Origin: a virus
Lineage: Duplodnaviria; Caudoviricetes
Strand: one strand, 5' to 3'
Virus record (IMG/VR): IMGVR_UViG_3300032233_002826
Span: 54,532 to 118,531 of that record
DNA: 64,000 bases
The number at the start of each line of letters is the position of its first letter. The stretch's first letter is position 1. Positions 56,218 through 64,000 of the stretch are shown here, in pieces. The notes beneath the pieces are model-generated. The model did no database searches and was not told where the DNA came from. It worked only from the letters and a program-made list of their open reading frames with translations. The position numbers and the translations under genes were made by a program.

Positions 56218-58323
56218 TCAAGCCTCCTTGCTGTATTCGGTCTGGAACTTGTTGTTGATATAATAAACCAACTCTTTCAGAACATTTGCTCGTCCGTAAT
56301 AATTGATTTCCAACAACGGATACTTATCAGCAATATCTTCTTCAATTTTCTGCATCCGCTCAAACCGCTGGAAGGCAGTCTTGTAGTGCTTATACTTACG
56401 AATAATAGTGTCTTCAACATACTTGCGATTACGAATTTCCTTGGGATAAAGAGAAAACAACTCTTTGATCTTGGGGCATTCAATCTTTTCTGCGTATGCT
56501 CTCAAATTGAAAAGACTTTGATTGATATTGTGAAAAACATTAGACTCGATTTGTTCGTCAGAAACAGGAACAAACGATTCCAAATCATCAATAACATCGT
56601 CATATTTTGAAACATTATCAAGCGAAACCACCTTTTCATAATCTCCTTTGTTACACTTGATAACTGTCCAATCATTATTTTTCAGGTACGATACCATTTT
56701 GACAAAATTAGCATTGCGAAAATCATACTTTTCTTCATCACCATTGGGGACAAGAATATAATTTTCACCATTATTTTCCATAGTGGTGAGCGAAATATCT
56801 TCCTTTGCATTGGTTTCAACTCTGTAGCCATTTCGACCATGTTCTAATGCCAAAGCACGAATTCCGACAACTCCTTCAATTCGCTTTTTAGCAACATAAC
56901 TGATTTTATCATGATTTACTTCGCTAAGAAGAAAAGCGTTGGCACACTTCTTCAACTTAGAGTTGTAGGCAGGATCGCAAGATACAAAATAAACGTGATC
57001 GGCTCCAAGACTAATCAGTTTCTTTGCCTTGCGCTTCTTGATAATATCGCTATACTCGCAATCAACAATTACAATTTTATCTTCTTCTGTAATCCTAACT
57101 GTCTTTTCGTCATTCTTGCAACGAATGACATTGCGAGTATCTTGCTCTTCTTCAAAGTAATAAGAAATCTTTGTAAACTTATCGCACTTGACGTAAAAAT
57201 TAAGCCCGTGCATTTCAAAAGTAACATCTTCGTGGGAATACTCCAACTTGATCAAATCTTTTGGAATATGATTGAAGGTGAAAGTATTCTTCAACTTGCC
57301 ATACACGTTCATATAAGAAGACAAATTCTCAAACTTGACATCAAATTCTGAGCGAACAATTTCCCAAATATTGGCAATTGCTCCTTCGCATACGATTTCA
57401 AGTTTGGCAATGTTGCCCGCGTCGTTTGCAACTTCTTCACGGCTTGCCGCAACGTCAATATCTCCATTGTTTACTTCAATAAAAGTAAGATTATTGGGAT
57501 GAATGACTCCGCTCAACTTCCTAAGATTTTCAAGCGAATACTGAAACTTAGAAATTCCATAGGGAATCTTGTCGATAAGAACAAATGCCTTATGAGTGAC
57601 ATACTTTGTCTCAAATAAATTCTCCAAGAAATCACTAGCGGGCATAATAACAAGATTGTTTTTATGATACTTGAAATTAGGATTTGCAAATTCATTTGGA
57701 ATTTCAATGTCTGTAATTCCATGGAGTTCCGGCCTAACTTCCCAAAAATAAGTAGTGCGATATACGGCGTTGATAAAACGCGGAATATCTGCTTCCTTTA
57801 CAGGAATTTGAACTTCCACCCCATTAGGCTCGTTTGTTTCAACTTCGTTGACTAATTCAAAAGTTCCATTGCTGCTTCGACCAGTATGAGCGACGTAAGT
57901 AGAACAAGTTCCATTGTAGTAACTAACCACAACAAAACTATCAGTATATGCCCATGCGCTCTTTGCTCCAAGTCCAAACCCTCCAGTTTGCTGATTGTCC
58001 TTACGCTTGGTACTGATTCCGTAATTAACAAAGACTTCACGAACACGGTCGCGGCTCAAACCCACTCCATAATCACGAATTTTGAGGCTGCTGTCGATTT
58101 TGGTGGGCAAAGTGACTTTGACCGGCTTATCAGCCTTGTTGGCTTCTCTGTGACTATCACGGGCGTTACTGAGGTATTCCTGAGTAAGAGTCTGGATAGG
58201 ATTGCTGTAAAGTCTATTGCGAAGAATTTCAATAATGGTACTAACGTCACCAATGTTGAAATCATAACTAACAGCATCGTTATTGTTGGTAGAAACGGTC
58301 GAGTTGTTTGTTGCAATCTTCAT
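56218..58323 (-). CDS. rIIA: rIIA-like protein with GHKL ATPase N-terminus
   Basis: LYSNPI..EYLSNARDSH, IRDYGVGL, STK, GGFGLGAKS and ASRE motifs. Confidence 0.8.
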   Translation of the reverse strand: MKIATNNSTVSTNNNDAVSYDFNIGDVSTIIEILRNRLYSNPIQTLTQEYLSNARDSHREANKADKPVKVTLPTKIDSSLKIRDYGVGLSRDRVREVFVNYGISTKRKDNQQTGGFGLGAKSAWAYTDSFVVVSYYNGTCSTYVAHTGRSSNGTFELVNEVETNEPNGVEVQIPVKEADIPRFINAVYRTTYFWEVRPELHGITDIEIPNEFANPNFKYHKNNLVIMPASDFLENLFETKYVTHKAFVLIDKIPYGISKFQYSLENLRKLSGVIHPNNLTFIEVNNGDIDVAASREEVANDAGNIAKLEIVCEGAIANIWEIVRSEFDVKFENLSSYMNVYGKLKNTFTFNHIPKDLIKLEYSHEDVTFEMHGLNFYVKCDKFTKISYYFEEEQDTRNVIRCKNDEKTVRITEEDKIVIVDCEYSDIIKKRKAKKLISLGADHVYFVSCDPAYNSKLKKCANAFLLSEVNHDKISYVAKKRIEGVVGIRALALEHGRNGYRVETNAKEDISLTTMENNGENYILVPNGDEEKYDFRNANFVKMVSYLKNNDWTVIKCNKGDYEKVVSLDNVSKYDDVIDDLESFVPVSDEQIESNVFHNINQSLFNLRAYAEKIECPKIKELFSLYPKEIRNRKYVEDTIIRKYKHYKTAFQRFERMQKIEEDIADKYPLLEINYYGRANVLKELVYYINNKFQTEYSKEA

Positions 58324-58381
58324 TTTTAATTCCTTTTGAGTTGCTTGCTCTATACCTTGAACATTCTATAAAAACTTTTAT

Positions 58382-58705
58382 TTATTTGTATATTTCTTTT
58401 ATTACGGGGGTCAAATACAAGCAATATTTCTGGTTTATTTTTTCAAGCAATATTTCTGGTTTGGGACCAATATAAAATACTGCCTCATAAAGAAGTTTAT
58501 CACGACCAACAATTTCAAATTCAAAGTTTAGGCCCAAATGTTTATAATAATGTTGAACGTCCTTGAATTCATGATAATCTCTAACCTTTACAGAAAAATT
58601 AGTTGGAATTTCCATGCTAATTTTAGGAGTAAAATAATCTTCAAGGCTTGTGCTGTCTTGAAGTTTATCGGTCATCAGAATTTTATTTTTTGTTTCTGCG
58701 TCCAT
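58382..58705 (-). CDS. Hypothetical protein
   Basis: ATG 9 nt after motif A. Confidence 0.6.
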   Translation of the reverse strand: MDAETKNKILMTDKLQDSTSLEDYFTPKISMEIPTNFSVKVRDYHEFKDVQHYYKHLGLNFEFEIVGRDKLLYEAVFYIGPKPEILLEKINQKYCLYLTPVIKEIYK

Positions 58706-58724
58706 GAACCGTAAACATTCTACA

Positions 58725-59132
58725 CTAAATAATATTTTGACAATAGGCTCTCTTTCCCACTGTTATTAGTTCATTAAATTTTTTGCCATCAATATTATTT
58801 TGTTCATTTTCAAAATGCCAGTAGGTATCCATCTTAGGATCATACACTACCATTCTCAAATTTTCTCTATTTTGTTGATTATTTTCAATAATTTTAAATT
58901 CAGAACATTTTATCCATCCACAAACATCCCTTACTTGAGTTTTCTGTACCTTGTTGGCAACAGTTGGTTTATTAATTAATTCACAATTGTATAAAAATAA
59001 CTGATACTTAAAAGGATCATAATACTCGACAATTTTTTGTTTTTTATTTTTAATTTGCCAAAATTTATAATTCTTACCTGCACCTAAATGAAATCGGACT
59101 TCATAATAATTTTTGTGCACTACTCCCACCAT
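58725..59132 (-). CDS. Hypothetical phage protein
   Basis: VRFHLGAGKNYKFWQIK..VCGWI pattern. Confidence 0.65.
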   Translation of the reverse strand: MVGVVHKNYYEVRFHLGAGKNYKFWQIKNKKQKIVEYYDPFKYQLFLYNCELINKPTVANKVQKTQVRDVCGWIKCSEFKIIENNQQNRENLRMVVYDPKMDTYWHFENEQNNIDGKKFNELITVGKRAYCQNII

Positions 59133-59827
59133 TTAATTCCTTTTTGGTTCTCAGCCCAATAGTGATAAATAAAATCTTGGGCATATTTTATATTTCCAAA
59201 TTGTCCGTATTCATTATGAAGAACAATGCTTATTGCTATTTGTTCGTCTAATTTATTCCCTGCTCTATTTTTTGGTTTATGAATTCCACTATTTAAATAA
59301 TCGACAATCCATAGTGTTTTTTCGCATAATCTTTTTCTATTTTTTTTTGGTATGTAAATTGTGCCGGTGTTATACATTACATAGGAATCATTAAAATTAA
59401 TTTCAATTTCTTCCCAAGGAACGAGTGGCAAAACATTTATTAAATTACGCCACTCCATTATGTAATATTCAGCGTTCCATAAAACTGCTTGATATTCGTT
59501 CCATGTATTTTCTGGAACAGTTTTTATAAAAGTAGTGTCAATATCTAAAAGAACAATATCTTCATTTTCATCAAAATCTCTAAGAGATATAATTTTTTCA
59601 ACAAGAATATTGAGCAAATTATTATCTGAGATATAATTTCTTGATAAACTTATTAATTTATGCGTTATATTTTCGGATTTACAATAATCAACTATTCGAC
59701 CAGATTTTTGATTGTTAAAAATTATTATTTGAGGATTTGCCTCAATTGATTTCAATACTTCTATTGATTTTTTTAATTGATTAAATCCATTAGAATTATC
59801 ATCTATGAATAAATATCCAAAATACAT
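59120..59827 (-). CDS. Glycosyltransferase-like protein (GT-A fold)
   Basis: LLDIDT, YNTG, EQIAIS and HYW motifs. Confidence 0.6.
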   Translation of the reverse strand: MYFGYLFIDDNSNGFNQLKKSIEVLKSIEANPQIIIFNNQKSGRIVDYCKSENITHKLISLSRNYISDNNLLNILVEKIISLRDFDENEDIVLLDIDTTFIKTVPENTWNEYQAVLWNAEYYIMEWRNLINVLPLVPWEEIEINFNDSYVMYNTGTIYIPKKNRKRLCEKTLWIVDYLNSGIHKPKNRAGNKLDEQIAISIVLHNEYGQFGNIKYAQDFIYHYWAENQKGIKWWE

Positions 59828-59833
59828 ATTGTT

Positions 59834-60847
59834 TCAAATAAAACCAATTGCTTCATTATAATCCCCTTGTAGCAAAAATTCAAAGAAATCTTCAATTTCT
59901 TTTGGGGGTATTTTGCTAATCTTCATAACTAATTCTGGCGTAGAGTGCTTTTCATTATTGTTTGCACAATACTTTTTGAACTCCAAGATATTCCTCCAAA
60001 TTTCAGCGGAAATTTGAATGTATCTTGGTTCATCTTGTCTTTTATCAGCAAAATAATAAATTTTTTCTAATTCATTTTTGCTGATATTTTCCAAAGAGTG
60101 TAGGCATATTGTTTCAATGGCTCCCTTTACTAATTCCTGACACAATACTGGGAAACTTTTGGCATGAGCAATAACTTTTGGATTTTCCTCATTGTCATAT
60201 TCAACTTTAGTGCTTCCAAGAACCATTGACTTATCAAAATTTTCATTTTCAAGAAAGGAACTATAGTCTACACTATAATAAGACCTAACAGAACCCACGC
60301 TAAATTTGTCATAATAAGAAATCAATTCTGGATCAATAGCATCTAAATTATCTTTTACAAGATGATGCACTGTGTAAAAACTATGGATGCTTGATCCTTG
60401 AATAATGCAATTTATTAGGATTCTTTTGTTAATTTGATCTTTTGTGCTTTGATCCAAAGAGTCATAATCAAATTCTTTATTGAATTTTTCTTCTGTTTGA
60501 TTTGTTTCTACGTTTGAGTTTTCATTAAGATTGGGACTAAGCAATTCTTCTGGAATCTCAAATGCCTGAGAAACTGCTTCCACGGCCAAGTTTTGAAGAA
60601 GGTCAGTGTGTCCTCTTTCCAAGATGGACATATGCAAAAAGAATTCGGTAATGTCTTGAGCACTATACCCAGACTTTAATTTAGAAAGTCTTTCTGAGAT
60701 AAAATCAAAAGACTTTCTACTCAGTTCATCACCAAAGAAAACAAGATTTTTATTTTTCTTGAAAGGATGAAACTGGTCGTTGTTCTTTTTGAGATTTCGC
60801 CAAAAATTGCGAATAACAGGATTAACTTGCAGGCTATTTTCGTACAT
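59834..60847 (-). CDS. Hypothetical large-phage protein
   Basis: 337 aa; KRILINCIIQG..FPVLCQELVKG. Confidence 0.7.
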   Translation of the reverse strand: MYENSLQVNPVIRNFWRNLKKNNDQFHPFKKNKNLVFFGDELSRKSFDFISERLSKLKSGYSAQDITEFFLHMSILERGHTDLLQNLAVEAVSQAFEIPEELLSPNLNENSNVETNQTEEKFNKEFDYDSLDQSTKDQINKRILINCIIQGSSIHSFYTVHHLVKDNLDAIDPELISYYDKFSVGSVRSYYSVDYSSFLENENFDKSMVLGSTKVEYDNEENPKVIAHAKSFPVLCQELVKGAIETICLHSLENISKNELEKIYYFADKRQDEPRYIQISAEIWRNILEFKKYCANNNEKHSTPELVMKISKIPPKEIEDFFEFLLQGDYNEAIGFI

Positions 60848-60849
60848 AA

Positions 60850-60963
60850 TTAATTCTTTGGCTCTGGTAGAATTTCTGGCCTTGTTGGATTAAACGGCTT
60901 GGTTTCTTTTGGAGTTGTAGTAGGAGTAGGAGTCTTTACTGGGGTTGGTGTTGTAGTTGTCAT
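60850..60963 (-). CDS. 37-aa Pro/Thr-rich peptide (not in ORF track)
   Basis: Motif A and GGAG before MTTTTPTPVKTPTP..PEPKN. Confidence 0.55.
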   Translation of the reverse strand: MTTTTPTPVKTPTPTTTPKETKPFNPTRPEILPEPKN

Positions 60964-61334
60964 ATTTGTCTCCATGGTTCTAACATTCTATATTAATTTT
61001 TATTTTTATGGATTGCAATTTGTTTGAAAAAATTAGATGAAATATAGCATTCTTTAGTGCAAAATTTCAATCTTTTGACCAAGAGAATATCCCTGCTGAG
61101 TTAGCAGGGCCATTTCTTTTCTTCTTTCTTTAACTTCTGAGTCTGTTAGAATTTTTTGCATATTAACAGCCTTGAATAAAAAACATCAACATAAAAAGGG
61201 CAATAGCAATCACAATCCAACCATTATCAAAAGGAGGATTGTCAGACGTTTTTCCTCTATAGTTTCCATACTTATCATAATGGTATTTTGTTCCCATTTT
61301 TTCCTCCAACTATCACGGCTTATTCTATTGATTT

Positions 61335-61904
61335 TTAATCATGTTCATATGATTCAACATTAATTCCATCTTTTGTGACAACTACTTTAGCATGATCGCC
61401 AAACATTGTTTCTAAAGTATCTTCATCTACATTTTTCAATAAGTCCGCAACATCTTTCAAAAAGTTGAATCTTTTTTCTGTGTCTTCAAGACTCAAACTA
61501 TTTAATTTTTCAATTCTATTTTTTTTATTCGAAATCTCCCAGTCAGTTTCTTTTCTTCCTTGCTTTTTCAACTCTTCAATTTCATTTAAAAACTTCTTAA
61601 TTGTTTTCTCTTTTTGCCTTATCTCTTTCAAATCTATTTCCGCGTTATAAAGATCACTTTCTTCACTATCGTCATTTATGTAAATATAATCAGTATGTGC
61701 AGAAAATTCACATGAATCGCCATCGTTCCAATGAGGCGAATATTGAGTCCAAGCAAAACTGGTGAAGTCTGGATTGTTCTTGAAAATTTCTTTACAACTT
61801 AATTTAAATAATTTTTCACTATCTTTCACAAGTTGATTTTTAATTTTTTCAATTTGTTTTTGATTCTTTTTAATTTTATTTTTAATATTATCTGTCATTT
61901 TCAT
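61335..61904 (-). CDS. Hypothetical phage protein
   Basis: WTQYSPHWNDGDSCEF..FGDHAKV..YEHD. Confidence 0.75.
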   Translation of the reverse strand: MKMTDNIKNKIKKNQKQIEKIKNQLVKDSEKLFKLSCKEIFKNNPDFTSFAWTQYSPHWNDGDSCEFSAHTDYIYINDDSEESDLYNAEIDLKEIRQKEKTIKKFLNEIEELKKQGRKETDWEISNKKNRIEKLNSLSLEDTEKRFNFLKDVADLLKNVDEDTLETMFGDHAKVVVTKDGINVESYEHD

Positions 61905-61949
61905 GCCTAAGTCCTTTCGATTGAAATAACATTCTACACTAAAAAATAT

Positions 61950-62672
61950 TTAAGTCCACAAACAATCTCTTATTTTAATTAATTCAATTAGTTTTTCTGT
62001 ATCTTCTTTGTCGTAATCATTTTCCATTTTGCCAATTTTTCGATAATAATATTTTCCATCTTTTTCTTTGGTAAAAAGAGTGTGCGGATCAATTCTATTA
62101 GGTCTATTTAGCCACCAATTATAAAGTTCCAAAATTTTTTGAGAAGATATTGCTTGTGCCGTTGGCTTTCCATAATCTTTATCATCTGGATTGACTCCAT
62201 AATCTTCATTCATTTTTAAATTACAAGCCCAATCTAAATAATCTAATCCTGCTTGTTTACATCGTCCTTTTACAAATTTATATTTACGTTCTGGATATGC
62301 GTTCATTAAGTGTGCTTGTTCACGTTCGACAAAAATAACCAATTCGTTAAAAAGACCATGCAAAATGCGATAATCAGCATCGTAATATTCACCGGGAGTC
62401 AAACCCGTATGAAGATAATGAAGTTTGTCAATAAAACGATTACGAACATAAACCTCAATAGTATTATAAACGTCCATGGGAAAGTTCACAATATTCTGGA
62501 GAAAGTCTAAAAGTTCTTCTGCTAACCAATAACGATAAGGATGTTTCTTCGCTGATGTTTCTCGCCACTTTTCCCATTCTTCAAATTGAAGAGCAAATGG
62601 TTTTTTTTCGCCTCTAATAAGATTGGCGAACTTTGAACAACTCCAATAATTTATTCTAAATTTTTTTAACAT
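61950..62672 (-). CDS. Hypothetical phage protein
   Basis: YWSCSKFA..ELYNWW..LIKIRDCLWT. Confidence 0.75.
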   Translation of the reverse strand: MLKKFRINYWSCSKFANLIRGEKKPFALQFEEWEKWRETSAKKHPYRYWLAEELLDFLQNIVNFPMDVYNTIEVYVRNRFIDKLHYLHTGLTPGEYYDADYRILHGLFNELVIFVEREQAHLMNAYPERKYKFVKGRCKQAGLDYLDWACNLKMNEDYGVNPDDKDYGKPTAQAISSQKILELYNWWLNRPNRIDPHTLFTKEKDGKYYYRKIGKMENDYDKEDTEKLIELIKIRDCLWT

Positions 62673-63310
62673 TACATGTTCCTAATTATAGCAAGTATTT
62701 TTCTAGCCAATGCTGCCGCGCCTACTATTCTGCCTTCCGTATAGTCATCAAGACCATATCCTAATTTGGCTTCTCTATCTTTTTGTTTTTGTATGGTATC
62801 CAAACACAATTTTTCAATAGATTGTCTTAATTTTTCATATTTTTTAATCATTAGTTTTTGTATTGTAAAACCCGCCCTAGTGAACTTGTAACAATGGTTA
62901 ACAGAGGTTTGGCGGGTTCGCTTTTGCGATCAACTCAAAAGCGGGTGTTCATTCACCAAGTCTATAAATATCTACTATACAGTTATCAGTTTTTGCTTCA
63001 TCCTAATAAAATTCTATATTATTTTTTATTTAATTCGAACACAAAATAAGTATTAGAGGGGTAATTTGACAAATCGCACTCATATTCTAAACTTGCCGGA
63101 TGAAGTCTTTGTTTTTTTGATTCTACCAAACGATCATATTCACACTTGATGTGATGGTTATAATCTTCCACATAACAATGAACTTTGCCACGGCTATCTT
63201 TTTCAACAATTACATATTGTTTCATTTAAGCACCAATAAAGGGGAGTTTCAGTCTTACAGAAATTACCCAATAAACTCTACGGTTATTGATTAAAGGGAT
63301 ACCCGCGACC

Positions 63311-63934
63311 CTAGCCTTTCGGCTCAATTTCTAACGTATAGGTTTCCAACTCATTCAAACATCTAAATTCTGTGCCGCTTATCATCATCTTCCAACTACA
63401 GTGCCAATGTCCAAAAAACCAAAGTTTAGGCTGATGAATATTTAATAATTCTTGCAAAGCCCATCCTGTAGTATTTTGATATACTCTAGCACCGGGAGGT
63501 AAAAGATGAGTAACTAAACTCTCTGGACAATCATGAGTCAACATAACATCTGGCTTTATGCTTCTGTATAGTTCTCTCGCTTGCATAAAAGTTTCAATAT
63601 TATTTTCTTCATTTGCCCACCAATCTATACCAATTGTCCTATACTGTTTGTCAATACTATATGCACCACGATAAAAGAAAAAGTCTAATCCATTAAAATC
63701 AACTGTGTATCCATAATTGCCAAGATAATTTGGAACTTGTTCTACCTTGTCGTAATTATCGTGATTGCCGCCTATGAAAACATGATTTTTTGGATCGACA
63801 TTTCTTAGTGTAGAATAATCGAATCCAAAATCGCCAAGTTGAATTGTGTATGGATTTTCCTTATTACGAGAAAGTATTCTATGATACTTCTCATATTTGC
63901 CATGCAAGTCTCCAATTAATGTTACTTTATTCAT
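63311..63934 (-). CDS. Metallophosphoesterase
   Basis: GDLHG, QLGDFG, GNHD, THDCP and FGHWH motifs. Confidence 0.85.
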   Translation of the reverse strand: MNKVTLIGDLHGKYEKYHRILSRNKENPYTIQLGDFGFDYSTLRNVDPKNHVFIGGNHDNYDKVEQVPNYLGNYGYTVDFNGLDFFFYRGAYSIDKQYRTIGIDWWANEENNIETFMQARELYRSIKPDVMLTHDCPESLVTHLLPPGARVYQNTTGWALQELLNIHQPKLWFFGHWHCSWKMMISGTEFRCLNELETYTLEIEPKG

Positions 63935-64000
63935 GGTGTTGAGGCTAAAATAAATTCGCCTAATCCTTCTTGTTTTTCAATATCATACTTATAAATTTTT

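Larger units (their letters stand above)
6529..63030 (-). promoter_or_regulatory. Dispersed motif A, putative phage early promoter AAAATAAAA-N7-TAGAATGT (about 65 copies)
   Basis: Plus-strand acattcta..ttttatttt at e.g. 6529, 7718, 8905, 9652, 11884, 13709, 14403, 14458, 16647, 17043, 24259, 25161, 30542, 36887, 40443, 48137, 55958, 60983; nearly always just upstream of a minus-strand gene or tRNA. Confidence 0.85.

Noticed and set aside
6529-63030. Motif A or motif B as a CRISPR array
   Set aside because: Spacing is hundreds to thousands of bp and irregular, intervening DNA is genes, and no cas genes are visible.
5254-63049. Plus-strand ORFs such as 5939..6595, 10053..11102, 25375..26187 and 37568..38698
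   Set aside because: They are antisense shadows of recognisable minus-strand genes, with no protein motifs.
1-64000. Stop-codon reassignment
   Set aside because: Long genes are intact in the standard code, TAA, TAG and TGA all end genes, and no normal suppressor tRNA is present.

Overview
This window looks like part of a large tailed phage genome (standard genetic code; host possibly a planctomycete, which is inference). No structural or replication core genes are present. Bases 1-5.2 kb are AT-rich and encode a carbamoyltransferase, a metallophosphoesterase, a GT8 glycosyltransferase and an ankyrin-like protein. At about 5.25 kb GC rises abruptly, and from there to the end almost everything is on the minus strand: an early/host-takeover-like region of small genes. 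About 65 copies (hand count) of one promoter-like motif, AAAATAAAA-N7-TAGAATGT, precede genes and tRNAs. A second 14-bp motif (GGATAAATGCTAAC, about 22 copies, nearly all co-oriented) is often followed by an AT-rich tract and TTTGTGC about 82-108 bp away. There are 14 conventional-fold tRNAs, including unusual Ser(ACT), Ile(TAT) and two short-arm Leu. An apparently non-coding locus at 15.9-17.05 kb holds two paralogous structured RNAs with clear compensatory base changes and several tRNA-like RNAs with enlarged anticodon arms. At least 12 proteins share an LPExxHNxM(I/L) module. All counts, alignments and folds were done by eye; family names come from remembered motifs, not database searches.
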